DNA of 62,955 nt, counting the filler, from Reclinomonas americana ATCC 50394 (lineage: Eukaryota): the NCBI GenBank assembly GCA_048213135.1. It is 7 parts of 4 records of this genome, joined end to end, with 100 filler letters (N's around TTAATTAATTAA, not from the genome) between each part and the next. Parts side by side here need not be neighbours in the genome. Positions count along the whole stretch, not along the records: positions 10,239 to 29,394 come from PS015226.1; 6 more parts are not named here. One strand, given 5' to 3'. The position numbers and the translations under genes were made by a program. Under the pieces are notes generated by a model. It saw only the letters and a list, made by a program, of their open reading frames with translations, was not told where the DNA came from and ran no database searches. Of the stretch, positions 13,759 through 26,876 are shown in pieces. The stretch's first letter is position 1. Each line of letters begins with the position of its first letter.

Positions 13759-14558
13759 CTTCCTCTTCTTCTTCTTCTTCCTCCTCTTCTTCTTCTTCTT
13801 CTTCTTCTTCCTCCTCCTCCTCCTCCTCCTCATTTTCTCTCCCGCAGCCTTCACGTGGCCTGGGAGGGATTCGAACCGCAGCGTGGCCAATACAACACCA
13901 CATACTTGGAGGCGGTGGCTGGAGTGGTGGCCACTCTGGCCGCCGAGAACATCTATGTCATTCTCGACGCACACCAGGATATTTTCAATCGCAAGACGTG
14001 CGGTGAGGGCGTGCCTGATTGGGCTGCCGTGTCGCCCACCGGCAAGGATGCGTTCCCCAGGTATTGTGGCCGAGGGGGGAGGGGAGTGTGGAGGAGGGGT
14101 GGCTCACCGTGTATGTGTGCGCTCAGCCCTATGCCGATCCATCTGCGCTTTGACTCGAAGGGATATCCGCTGTTGCGTTGGGCGAAGGAGGTGGAAGGAA
14201 AAAGGGAGAGAGAGAGAGATAGCGAGAGAGAGAGAGAGAGGAGGCGAGGGTTGCAGAAGGCACGCTGTAGAACTAGAACAAGCTACTTCGCACTGTCGTG
14301 CATCCGCCTTCGGCCGTACAGCAGACGATCAGAGTCAACACAAGGACGGGAGTTCACTTGTATTTCTTTNNNNNNNNNNNNNNNNNNNNNNNNNNNNNNN
14401 NNNNNNNNNNNNNNNNNNNNNNNNNNNNNNNNNNNNNNNNNNNNNNNNNNNNNNNNNNNNNNNNNNNNNNCGTACGTACCGTACGTCCGTACGCGTACGT
14501 ACGTACGTACGTACGTACGTACGTACGTACGTACGTAAGTCGTAGTACGTAGAGAGAG

Positions 14559-14601
<43 letters not shown>

Positions 14602-15177
14602 GTCAGCAAACGAGAGCGGGGCTGCAGAGGACACGCTGTGAATCCAGAAAGTAATTCGCACAGTTGTGTATCCTCCGGTGACGGATGTTAGGCTTAGAGT
14701 GTGTGTGTGAGAGAGAGACTGCGTTTGTCAACAACAAACTCGCGCGGTCGCACTTGTCGAAGACACGTCCTTTCGCATTTAGAGAGAAAAAGAGAGAATG
14801 AGAGGTTAGACGCACTATGTGTATCAACATCTAACTCGCGTGGTCGTGCTCTTGAGATACCACGTCACCCTCAGGTTTTTCCTTACCCTTTCCCATTCAG
14901 CGTCGAGGATTGCCTGCAACACCAGTTCGGCGAGTTTTACCTGACGCACGCTGTCGGCGGCGCGTTCCAGGCCCTTTACGACAACTACCAGGGCATTGCG
15001 GATTCGTTTGCCAACTTTTGGGGGCAAGTGGCCAAGCGGTTCGCGAATGTGCCGAATGTGCTCGGCTATGAGGTTTGTGATCAGTTTTTTGAAGACCTAC
15101 GCTCAATCAGGATACAGGGAGGGCACGAGACAGTATGAGAGAGAGAGACAGACAGATAGACAGAGACAGATAGACAC

Positions 15178-15208
<31 letters not shown>

Positions 15209-17739
15209 CAAAGGCACGCAGACAAACAAACAAAGAAACAGATAGTGAGACAGACAGACCTTCCAGTAAGGCAAACAGACAGGCGTACAGACGGTGAGGG
15301 AGAGGGGGACGAGAGCGTAGAGCGAGTGCCAGCGTGTGTCAAAGGAATGAGAGTTGCTGTCTCGAAACTTGCCAATCTCATCTTCTCTTGTTTTTCGCAT
15401 CACACAGCTGATCAACGAACCGTGGGCTGGCGATGTCCTCGCCCACCCGTCGCTCATCCTGGAGCTCGGCCACGCCGACAAGGTCAACCTCGCCCCGCTC
15501 TACGATCGCGTCGCCAAGCAGATTCGCCAGTACGACACGCAAAAGCTGGTGTTCTACGAGCCGACCACCACCGATGTTGCGTCACATTGCCTCTTTTTCT
15601 TGAACTTGCGAGTCTTGCAGCCGTCATCTGTCTCGTTCATCGATTCTGTCTCTCGGTAACTTCCTTCTTAGTTCTTTCTTGCTGCTTGCCCACTCGTTGA
15701 TTGGACCTCGCTCTCTCATTTGTTCCCTCTGTCTCTTTGCGTGTTGTGCGGTCGAATCTCTTCTATCTTCCTCTCCTCATCATCGCTTGTCTTCCTTCCA
15801 CAGGTGTATCCGCTGGGCTTCCCCTCTGGCCCACTTGGTCCCGAGTACAACGACCGCAACGTGTTGGCCTAGTTGCGTCCTTCCTTCATCTGCATCGACG
15901 ATATTTGGCGACTCAACTCTCTTCGTCTCTCTCTTCTGTTCCTCTCGTCTCGCCCTTGTCCTCCACTTTGCCTCTCCTCATCTCGCCTTCTCTCCCATAC
16001 TCTCTCCCCTATCTCTTCCCCCATTGCTCTCCCCATTCTCTCCCCCATTGCTCTCCCCATTCTCTCCTCTATTCTCTACTCCATTCTCTCCCTCCTCTTC
16101 CCCTTTTATCTCCCCATTCCACTCCCCGTCCTGTCCCCCATCCTCTCCCCCATCCTCTCCCCCATCCTCTCCCCCATCCTCTTCCCATCGCTCTCCCCCA
16201 TCCTCTCCCCCATCCTCTCCCCCATCCTCTCCTCCTATTCTCTCCTCCATCCTCTTCTCTCATCCTCTTCCCATCACTCTCCCCCATCCTCTCCCCCCGT
16301 CCTCTTTCTCCATCCTCTCCTCCATTCTCTCCCTCCTCTTCCCCTATTATCTCCCCCCTCCTCTTCCCCATTGCTCTCCCCCATTCTCACTTCCCCATCG
16401 CTCTTCCCTTTTGCTCTCCCCCATCGCTTTCCCCAATCGCTCTCTCCCATTCTCTCCCCCATCCTCTCCGTCTTCTACCCCTTCTCCCCCTTTCTCCCCC
16501 CTCCAGCCACGTGTACTGCCCACTGGTGCAAGACGATGGCAACCCGAAGTGGCTGTGGTTCTGCGACAAGGAGGAGACCGAGTGGATCAGCGTGCACGTC
16601 ACTGAAGGCAAGCGCCTGCAGAATGGCCTGTTCATGACAGAATGGGGAGCCGAGAGCAACTCCACCGACGGCATCAACTCGATTCACGACTTCCTCGGCT
16701 ACGCGGACAACTATCTGCAGTCGTGGACTTGTGCGTAAACGATGCACTTCCGACTTGAATTCTGTTGCGCACTCACACTGCTCGCAGACTGGCAGTACAA
16801 GTACTACCTCGACTACACTGTTGCGTTCCGCCCTGCTCACTGCTCCTGGTTTTACCACCGCTGACACCCTCGTTTCTTGACGTGCAGACCCAGAATCACC
16901 CTCGTGCGTCTCTTCTGGTGCAGCGTCCATCCTGCACGTTGTCTCATATTTCTCGTGTGCAGCGCAAGGCGAGTCTCTGTGGGACGTCAATGGCCAGCTG
17001 GAGACGAACAAGGTGGCCGCCTTGTCGCGCACGTATGCACAAGCGATTGCCGGCCGCAACGCCAAAATGTCGTTTGATTATCGCACGGCGGCCTTTAACC
17101 TCTCGTACATGATTGATGCGGTGAGTGTTGTAAACGTCCACTTCCGCTCAGCGAGTCTACGGTCTCTCTTCACAAATCCTTCTGCCGCGCATCCATGACT
17201 GCACAATAACACATGTTCCTCTGTGACCATTCTTGCTGTTCATGTGACGGTGTCGTTGCTTCTCTCGTTCGCCACTCTGATTCACGTGCCATCTCTTTTA
17301 CTCAGAGGTTCATTCTCCCTCTTACTTTCTGTCCTCTCTCTTCTCTCCTCTCCTTCCTCCCTCTCCCCTCTTCCCTCTTTCCTTCTCTCCTCACACCCTC
17401 ACCTATTCCCTTCCCCTCTTCTCCCTCACCCCTTCCCCCTTCCTCCCCTCTCTCCTCACACCCTCACCTATTCCTCCCCCTTCCTCCCCCTTCCCCCCTC
17501 ACCCCCTTCCCTTCCCCTCTGTCCCACCCCCACAGTCGGTGAGCGCGCAACCCACCCTCATCTACCTCAACCGCTCGGTGTACTACCCACACGGCTTCAC
17601 GTGCACGGTGAGCGCCTCCACCCTCGGCACCTGCTCGGTCACCGCCGCCGACACCAACGTGTTGCAAGTGGTGCACACGAATCCGGCCAGCACCGCCGGC
17701 CAGACCATTAACATTGCGATTACGGCCGCGCCGCAGTGA
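12987..17739 (+). CDS. Glycoside hydrolase family 5, endoglycoceramidase-like, secreted, multi-exon (part hidden in gaps)
   Basis: Signal peptide MRSLNSLTALSLALILCLSLLAT. Family motifs: W(E)GFEP..G.YN..YL, YVILDAHQD...CGEGVPDW, VLGYE|LINEP (acid/base Glu), YHVYC, FMTEWG (nucleophile Glu), SWTYWQYK and LSRTYAQAIAG. Stop at 17737-17739. Confidence 0.9.
13653..13830 (+). repeat. Intronic (TTC)n/(TTG)n/(TCC)n trinucleotide microsatellite
   Basis: Read directly from the sequence; lies just upstream of the acceptor at ~13847. Confidence 0.9.
16000..16500 (+). repeat. Intronic pyrimidine-rich minisatellite (~12-nt CCCATCCTCTCC units)
   Basis: Repeated cccatcctctcc / cccattgctctc units inside intron 15872-16506. 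Confidence 0.85.
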
Positions 17740-17798
17740 GAGCGAGAGAAAGAGAGTGAAAAGAAATCATCAGCCAACAAGCCATATCTTTCATAATT

Positions 17799-20700
17799 TT
17801 ACACCTCCAGCTGCATGATAAACACGATTCCGTTCTCCGAGGCCACGGCCAGCTGATTGCCGCCGGGTGGCGCCCAAATAGCGCACAGCCGATCGCGCTC
17901 AAGACTCAGCGGTACCACATCCACCACGCACTTCATGCGCAGGCGCGGATCGCACACGCGCACGTGGTTGCCGACGATGCTCGCCGTCAGGTGGCGCACA
18001 AACACGGCGCCAGTCACCGGCACGCGGTCGTCTTTCGAGGCCTCGTCGGTGCTCCACTCGCCACTGCTCTGGTCATAAAGCTGCGTCTCGCGCCCTGCGG
18101 CCAGCAACAACAGCCGGTTGCGTACGTCGAGACTCAGCACCTCCTTGCCGTTCAGCGGTCGCAGCGTGACCGGTCGCACCACCACGTCCTCCTCGTCGTC
18201 GTCCTCCGCCTCGCCATCGCCATCGCCCTCGTCGTCGCCTTGGCTGCGCACCAAGTCTCCCACAATGTCGTCGATACTCGCGCGCCGACGGTGTTCCGCC
18301 GTCGCCCCGCCAGTGCCGTCATCGATGTGGCCGCCCAACACTCGCCACGTGCCGCCTGCATTGCCGCTGCTGCTACTCGCCCCGCCACCAGCGCCCACGC
18401 CACTCGCCGTCATCGCCGANNNNNNNNNNNNNNNNNNNNNNNAACGCACCAGTCGCATCACGCGCACCGTGTCGCCACAGGGCACGGCCAGGCGGTACTC
18501 GGTGGGCAGCGCCGCCGCGGCGGCTCCACCGACCGTGCGCCCCCTCACCGTCGTCATCGGTTGCTGCTGCTGCCGCTGCTGCTGCTGCAACTCTTTCGAG
18601 GTCAACTCACGCCGCCGCAACGCGAGGCCGCGCACAAGCGCATCATGCTGGCCCGGAATGAGGAGCACGGGGGCAGAGACGGCGATGCGCCCGCTCTTGC
18701 TGTCGACCTGCACATTCAGCAGCGTCACGGCGCCGAGCACACTGCCAATGGCCACCACCGAGCCGTCGCTCGCCACATCCACGGCCGTCAGTTCGCCAGC
18801 CTGCAACAGGGTGCCGTGCAGCTTGCCGAGAACGCGCCCGATGCGTGTGTCGACCCACGCCAGTGAGCCGTCGCGGGAGACGGTGAAGACGACGCGCGGC
18901 CCGGAGCCGAGGGCGGGTGGGTTGGGAAAGGCGGCGATGGAGGTGACGGCGTCCGCGTGCACNNNNNNNNNNNNNNNNNNNNNNNNNNNNNNNNNNNNNN
19001 NNNNNNNNNNNNNNNNNNNNNNNNNNNNNNNNNNNNNNNNNNNNNNNNNNNNNNNNNNNNNNNNNNNNNNNNNNNNNNNNNNNNNNNNNNNNNNNNNNNN
19101 NNNNNNNNNNNNNNNNNNNNNNNNNNNNNNNNNNNNNNNNNNNNNNNNNNNNNNNNNNNNNNNNNNNNNNNNNNNNNNNNNNNNNNNNNNNNNNNNNNNN
19201 NNNNNNNNNNNNNNNNNNNNNNNNNNNNNNNNNNNNNNNNNNNNNNNNNNNNNNNNNNNNNNNNNNNNNNNNNNNNNNNNNNNNNNNNNNNNNNNNNNNN
19301 NNNNNNNNNNNNNNNNNNNNNNNNNNNNNNNNNNNNNNNNNNNNNNNNNNNNNNNNNNNNNNNNNNNNNNNNNNNNNNNNNNNNNNNNNNNNNNNNNNNN
19401 NNAATGAGGTCGCTCATGTGGCCGGAGCGCTGGCCGTCCACCCACAGGCCGGCGACGATGGAGAGGTGGCCCGTGCCTGGGTGGGGAGAGGATGAGGGAG
19501 AGGGAGGAGGTGAGGGGGAGGGGGAAAGAAGGAAGAGGGCGAGGGATGAGGAGAGGGAGGGAGAGGGAGGGAGAGGGAGGAGAGAATTGTAAAGCGGAAG
19601 TATAGCATCTGTGAGGTGCAGCGAGAGAGAGAATAATCGGCGAAGAAAGGATGGTGCTGCGAAAAAAAGTGAAACAACGACTCACGAAAGATATGCGCCT
19701 GCTCTTATGTTACATGCCTCCGAAGATCTACGGCATGGGATTCTCGCTCTCACTCTCTCTCTCTAAAGCACAGCTACCGTCGCACCCTGCAATTCGTGCT
19801 TCATCTCTCCGGCAGCGATCCATCACTCTCACCTGTCTTATCTCCTCTCTCTCACACACACACGTTGTGTATATCTCTCCGCGTCATCCTCCTCACAATC
19901 GCTCTCTCAAGCACTCAATTGCCTCTTTCTTCTTTTCCAAACACAAGTTTTTCTGCATAGATTCAGTTCTCCTCTTCTGTTCTCCTCTTCTCGTAATACG
20001 CCGCACTCCATTCTCTCTCCGCTCTTTCTCTCTCCCTTTCTCCTTCTTTTCCTCCGCTCTCTTTTCTCTCTCTCTCTCTCTATTCTCCTCTTCTCGTAAT
20101 CCGCCTCCTTCGCCGCGTTGGCAACCGCTATTGCACCAGCAGCCCATTCTTTCTCTCCGCTCTTTCTTTCTCCCTCTCTCTCTCTCTTTCTCTCTCTCTC
20201 GATGCAATTTGTGCGCTTATTTCACGTCATGGTTCCTGTTCCCTTCTTCTTCTCGTAATCTGCCTCCTTCTTCGTGCGGGTAAATCATGGTTCCTGTTCC
20301 CTTCTTCTTCTCGTAATCCGCCTCCTTCTTCGTGCACTCCGTTCTCTTCTGTCTCTTCCACCCTCCCTTNNNNNNNNNNNNNNNNNNNNNNNNNNNNNNN
20401 NNNNNNNNNNNNNNNNNNNNNNNNNNNNNNNNNNNNNNNNNNNNNNNNNNNNNNNNNNNNNNNNNNNNNNNNNNNNNNNNNNNNNNNNNNNNNNNNNNNN
20501 NNNNNNNNNNNNNNNNNNNNNNNNNNNNNNNNNNNNNNNNNNNNNNNNNNNNNNNNNNNNNNNNNNNNNNNNNNNNNNNNNNNNNNNNNNNNNNNNNNNN
20601 NNNNNNNNNNNNNNNNNNNNNNNNNNNNNNNNNNNNNNNNNNNNNNNNNNNNNNNNNNNNNNNNNNNNNNNNNNNNNNNNNNNNNNNNNNNNNNNNNNNN

Positions 20701-21852
20701 NNNNNNNNNNNNNNNNNNNNNNNNNNNNNNNNNNNNNNNNNNNNNNNNNNNNNNNNNNNNNNNNNNNNNNNNNNNNNNNNNNNNNNNNNNNNNNNNNNNN
20801 NNNNNNNNNNNNNNNNNNNNNNNNNNNNNNNNNNNNNNNNNNNNNNNNNNNNNNNNNNNNNNNNNNNNNNNNNNNNNNNNNNNNNNNNNNNNNNNNNNNN
20901 NNNNNNNNNNNNNNNNNNNNNNNNNNNNNNNNNNNNNNNNNNNNNNNNNNNNNNNNNNNNNNNNNNNNNTTGCACCACGCACGCCCTACTTCTTTCTCTC
21001 CGCTCTTTCTTTCTCCTCTCTCTCTCTCTTTCTCTCTCTCTCGATGCAATTTGTGCGCTTATTTCACGTCATGGTTCCTGTTCCCTTCTTCTTCTCGTAA
21101 TCTGCCTCCTTCTTCGTGCGGGTAAATCATGGTTCCTGTTCCCTTCTTCTTCTCGTAATCCGCCTCCTTCTTCGTGCACTCTGTTCTCTTCTGTCTCTTC
21201 CACCCTCCCTTACCCCTCTCACTCACCATGCCCAATCGTCAAACACTCTATCCTAACCGGCACCGCACTCCTCTGCACCGACGCCGCCACACCATCACCC
21301 CCACCCGAACTCGACGCGAAGCCACACAACGCCGTAATCGCTTCCATGCGCGATGTGGTCGTTCGCAAGCGGTACTGCGCCTTGATCATGTTGGCGCCCA
21401 CCTCACTCGCCGCTGCTGCTGCTGTTGCAGTGGTGGCGCCGACGTCGGCCGTGGAGAGTGCAGGGCTGACGGCCTCGCATTGCCAGACGATCCATGGGAG
21501 GGGAGTGCTGCAGGTGAAAGGGTGAGATGAGGCGGGAGAAGGAAAGAGGAGTGTGGAAACTGGCGGTTTGAGTAGTGGTCTTGGCGAGTGATTGAGAGAG
21601 AGGGTGGGGGGGAAGAGAGACAGGAAGAGAATGTCATAACTGACAAGGGCTAGTGATCTGAGGGAGATGAGAAGGAACAAGTCTGCAGAAGATTGAGTGA
21701 CTGAATGGAGAGAGCGAGCGAGAGAGAGAGAGAGAGAGCAAGCAAGAGAGAGAAAGAGAACATGAGAGCACGAGAGAGACAGCACAGAAGGCTCTGTGTT
21801 GGTGCAAAGGAGAGACTGAGGAGGAACAAGTCAGCAGATGATTGAGTGACTG

Positions 21853-21885
<33 letters not shown>

Positions 21886-22377
21886 CATGAGAGTATGAGA
21901 GAGAGCGAGCAAGAGAAAGAAAGAGAACATGAGAGCACGAGCAGAAGGTTCTGTGTTGAAGCAAAGGAGGAGGAACAACTCAAAAGAGATTGAGTGACTT
22001 GAGTGAGAATGAGAGAGAGGAACCTTGTGCATTCTCCCCTCTCTTCCCCTTCTCTCTCTCTCTCTCCCTTGTCTCTCTGTGCGCATTTTGCAACTCAACA
22101 ACACTCCCTCCTCCTCGGGCCTGTACTTCCCGTCTCCTCCCACGCCTCCCATTGTTGCAGCAGCAAGTGCGCCTCTGTCCATTCCATCCGCTTGTGTCGC
22201 CACTGCTCCTGCCTCTCTTGGTGTTGTTGTTGTTGTTGTTGCTGTGTGATCGCGAAGCAGTTGTGAGAGAGGTCGCGGTCGCAGATATGCATCTTGTTCT
22301 TCTGCTTCTTCGTCTGCGTCGGCGTCGATGTCGACGCGGGTGGTGGAGGGCGCTGGTTGGCTGTGAGAGCAGCCCAT
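17799..22377 (-). CDS. Divergent WD40-like beta-propeller protein with N-terminal MGCSHS dual-acylation motif (multi-exon, gapped)
   Basis: First exon begins MGCSHSQ and splices EEEGVF|TPLPWIVW. The terminal exon has HADAVTSI..VFTVSRDGSLAWVD, LTAVDVASDGSVVAIGS and LAVASENGIVFI. Linkage across the gaps is inferred. Confidence 0.55.
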
Positions 22378-23409
22378 TTCACATGCGAGCAGTGTGCGGA
22401 GAGAGAGAGAGAGAGAGGAGTGACTTGTCCTGTTCTGTTGCAATCGGGAAACCGTTCTGCAGCAGCAACAAAGGGTATCGCTGGTAAGCGAGCAGCACAA
22501 ACTGCAGCTGAGCAAGAGGCAGTCCGCAGTGGAAACACATGAACAGCGGACAGACACAGAATTCACGTACAGTTGCAACGTCGAATTCTCTGCGCGCGGC
22601 TGATGATTGTAAGTCCGGATCCAACAAGCACAGCTGTCTTGATGACCAATCAACACAAACACCAGTCCTGAGAAAGCAGCAGGTTTCTTGTGTGTGTGTA
22701 CATGTGTTCGCTCTCGGAGCGCCGAACAAGTCGAGAATTGCGATCTTGACCGCATAAGCGTGGTTGACCAGTGGATTTGACGCACCTGCATAGTCGCAGC
22801 GTTAATAGAATGACCAATCTCGGTAATGGCCATAGCGCTTGCCAGAAACAAAGCAAAGCCGCAGTGCGAGTTTGCCGTTCGCGTGGACAATTGTTTGCGC
22901 GGGAAATTGTGCACCAACGCTCGGCAATTCTATGTGCTTGCTGGCACGTACGCCCTATCCACGCAGGTCTCGGTACGTGCAGCTGTGGAATCGTAGCTGA
23001 CTCCGACACGTACTTTAAATTTTGTCCGATTTCAGGCAGAGAGACACTGTGTGCGTGTACGCAGCGTGCTTTTTGCGAACCTCAAGTGGCACTGCGAAAC
23101 TGCGACCAACAATCTCATTCCGAATGCGTAACAAATTGCAATTGGCATGCGCATGCGCAATTTCATTCCTCTGTGCGCTGCGCCTGTCCCCCCAGGGCCC
23201 TCAATCGCACCACCTGCCTGCACCCGAACCGCACACACACATACACACCCGCTATTTCACGTATGGGCCCGGTCCACACCGGGACCTCTCACATTGGTCG
23301 AAATTGAACGCGTTCGGTTTTCTCACCCGATATTTCACACGCACTTTGCGGACACCACCAATATACAAACTTGTGTCGGTGTTTGTGGAGAGCGGACAAC
23401 GCAGAAAGA

Positions 23410-26400
23410 ATGAGTGCCTTCCGCCTGTCTCTTGTGTTCTGCATCGTGGTGCTGCTCGCCATGAGCGCGCTGCTTGCCATGGCCAACGACGCCACCGAAG
23501 AACCAGGTGAGGCAACACACACGTGCACTCGCTGCATTACATTGTCCCCTCCATCTCTCTCACGCACTGTCTCACACGCAGTGGAGCATCGCCGTCCGCG
23601 ACACATACGATGGACGAGTCACAAGGTGATGGAACGACGTGCGGCGGCTGCGGCCGCTCGTGCGGCTTCCGCAGTGGAGGATGATGCAGAGTCGCGTCTG
23701 CGCGGTGGTGTCAGCACTCAGGCTTTCACGGTCGACACCACGCAGCTGTTGGCGCCGCACACGGGGCCTATCATTCCCAACGTGAAGACGTACGCCATTT
23801 TCTGGGGCACCACGGTGAGGGTGGAAAAGCGAGAGAGAGAGAGAGAGTCTGTACGAAAAGCAACAACTCAGGCATTGCAGTGTGAGAGTGTGACAGATGA
23901 GGGGGAGAGAGGGAGAGATATCGAGTGAGATGCGTGCACTGAAGAGTGTTCTGAGTGTTCCCACAGAGTGAATTTGTGAGTGTGTCCGGGAGAGAGCGTG
24001 AGATCCCACACGTCGCGCCCACTGGTATGTGCTGACTCTCGCTCTTCTGCTTTCTTTTTTCAGTGGTCGACGACGACGGCCGACGATCGTGTCAATGGCA
24101 TGATCACGTTTTTCAAAAACTACTGTTGCGTGCCCCACTGCGCGCGCTCGATGGATATGACCCTTCTCTCACACTCTTCCGATCGATCAGCCAAGAGTAC
24201 GTACACGAGCCTGATGAACGAGTACAACGCCAGCGACGTCAACGTGTGGGTCACCAACAAGTCGGCACCGAAGAACGTGTACCTGACGACGGATCCGACT
24301 CAGTCGCAGTTCGTCTCCTCGTTTATCGACAACTCGGCAGCGCCGTCCACTGAGCAGTCGTTGAGCCAAGTCGGTTCCAGGATTTGCTCCGTGATCACCA
24401 ACAACTGGAAGGTTGCGCCGCGTGTGGACGCCGTGTACTTCCTTTTCCTCGACGTGTATCCCAACATTGAGTTTCGTGCGCGTCCGGCGCTGGGGACGGT
24501 TGTGTGGTGTTACTCACTCACGATGCGCGTGTGCGTGTGTGCGTGTGCAGCTACTGCGCGTGGCACGATGGCTACACATGCCAGGGTGTGCAAATCCAAA
24601 TTGCATACATGCCGCTCGGCAAGGCTGGCGGTACCTCTGGCTGCATGCCCGAATACGTAGAGCCCAATCACGCCAAGGGTACCGTGCCCTTTGCGGCGCT
24701 GGGTCACAGCGCCGCTTTGGCTACACTTGTAACCAGCACCATTCATGAGCTGGTCGAGGCGGTCACCGATCCGGTGAGAGCATTCCTTGCATCAGCATGC
24801 ATGCAAATTTTTGCGTTCTCATCTCTACTTCCCTCGCTCCGCAGGTCTTCTACGACAGCTCCAAAAAACTCATGGCTGAAACGTACTACCGCGATAAGGG
24901 CGGTGATGAGATCTCTGGTTAGTGTTGGCTCTGCGCACCGCACTGTACTTGTGTACTGATTCCCGTTGTGTTTGCAGACGTGTGCGACTACATGGACTTT
25001 GCGTACGACAGCCCGCAGCAGATCGGCGACGCCAAGTACTACGTGCAGGGCCAGTGGTCCAACCGTGCCTACGCACTGCAGTCTGGCTTTGGCTTTCAAT
25101 ATGGTGGCGGGTGAGTACTTGCGAGTGTTGAAGTGCGTGATTCCAGATGCTGACACATTCGCTGTGCAGCACGAACCAGCACGCATGCGTGTTCACCGCC
25201 GTGCTATGCCCGGCCGGCAAGTGGGGTGCATTGTGTGAGAAGACGTGCCCCACAACCTGGTGAGTTTGTGCGACGCTCTGCGTAAGAGGAGACGACGACT
25301 CATTTCATGCTTTGCAGCTCAACGTCATGCGACTCCAACACTGGCCTGTGTGGCACCACGACGTGCGCATGGTGCGTACTCGCCCTGTCATCCTCACCGT
25401 TGAGTCTCCCTACTGACTGACTATGAACAAAGTGCCTCCACCAATGGCGTCTCGAATGGCACCTGCAACTCCAGTGGCGTCTGCACCACCTGCAATGCCG
25501 GCTTCTATGGAGCCAACTGTGGCACAGCGTGCGCATGTGGCACCGGCTCCACCTGCACTAACACCATCACTGGTGGTGGATGTTCATGCAGCTGGTTCGT
25601 ACTTGGACGACGAATAAGCGATCTGCCATCCATCTCGCTCATTCCTTCTTGCTTGTTCGCAGCTCCAAGACCAACAACATCTCGAACGGCACGTGCAGCG
25701 CCACTGGTGCATGCACTGCATGCAACACCGGCTTTTACGGTGCCACCTNNNNNNNNNNNNNNNNNNNNNNNNNNNNNNNNNNNNNNNNNNNNNNNNNNNN
25801 NNNNNNNNNNNNNNNNNNNNNNNNNNNNNNNNNNNNNNNNNNNNNNNNNNNNNNNNNNNNNNNNNNNNNNNNNNNNNNNNNNNNNNNNNNNNNNNNNNNN
25901 NNNNNNNNNNNNNNNNNNNNNNNNNNNNNNNNNNNNNNNNNNNNNNNNNNNNNNNNNNNNNNNNNNNNNNNNNNNNNNNNNNNNNNNNNNNNNNNNNNNN
26001 NNNNNNNNNNNNNNNNNNNNNNNNNNNNNNNNNNNNNNNNNNNNNNNNNNNNNNNNNNNNNNNNNNNNNNNNNNNNNNNNNNNNNNNNNNNNNNNNNNNN
26101 NNNNNNNNNNNNNNNNNNNNNNNNNNNNTTTGCACCACCTGCAACGCTGGTTTCTATGGGGCCAACTGCGGCACGGCGTGCGCATGTGGCACCGGCTCCA
26201 CCTGCACAAACACCATCACTGGTGGTGGATGCTCGTGCAACTGGTTTGTGACCACGCCGAAGCTGTCAGCGTCTCTCATGCGATGTGCTCATCTCTCGTT
26301 ATTAATCGCAGCACAAAGACCAACGGCGTCTCGAATGGCACATGCAACTCGAGTGGCGTTTGCACCACCTGCAATGCTGGTTTCTATGGGGCCAACTGCG

Positions 26401-26876
26401 GCACGACATGCGGATGCGTCAATGGCGGCACCTGTGTCAACACCATCACTGGCGGCGGATGCACGTGTCCCGCCGGTCTGTTTGGACCGACATGCGCCGG
26501 TGTGTGCACGTGTGCACCCAACTCGACGTGCTCTTCCACTGGCACGTGCTCGTGCCCGTGCGCCGCCGGTGGCGGTACGTGTGACACAAGCGGCTGGTGC
26601 ATTTCGGTGAGCGACAAGCCATAATGCCAACATTTTTCTGCTTTCGCTGTGTACTGACTGTACGCGCAGTGCCCGGCCAACCTCGTCGGACCGACATGCA
26701 GCACGTGTGCCCAGCACTGGTTCACGCCGGTCAGTGGCGCCGCCTGCAGCGTCTCCTGCGACGCCGTGGCGACGACCTACCAGAGCAAATGCAACGGCAA
26801 GGGCCGCTGCAACTCCAACGGCCTGTGCGTCTGCGTCACCGGCACCAACGCCGGCAAGGTGGCGTCCACCTGCTAA
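23410..26876 (+). CDS. Secreted PHI-1/EXORDIUM-like domain protein with C-terminal EGF/laminin-like Cys-rich repeats (copy A)
   Basis: Signal peptide, then GPIIPNVKTYAIFWG, DYCAWH, TIHELVEAVTDP, DEISDVC and YYVQGQWSN. These are followed by repeated CNAGFYGANCGTACxC modules. TAA at 26874-26876. Confidence 0.75.

Noticed and set aside
12696-14545. Long ORFs running through N gaps and microsatellites (poly-X, RERE, LSLS)
   Set aside because: Artefacts of Ns and simple repeats lacking stop codons.
20140-21210. ~220-bp direct repeat flanking a gap
   Set aside because: Near-identical sequence on both sides of an N run; likely an unmerged overlap or collapsed intronic repeat.
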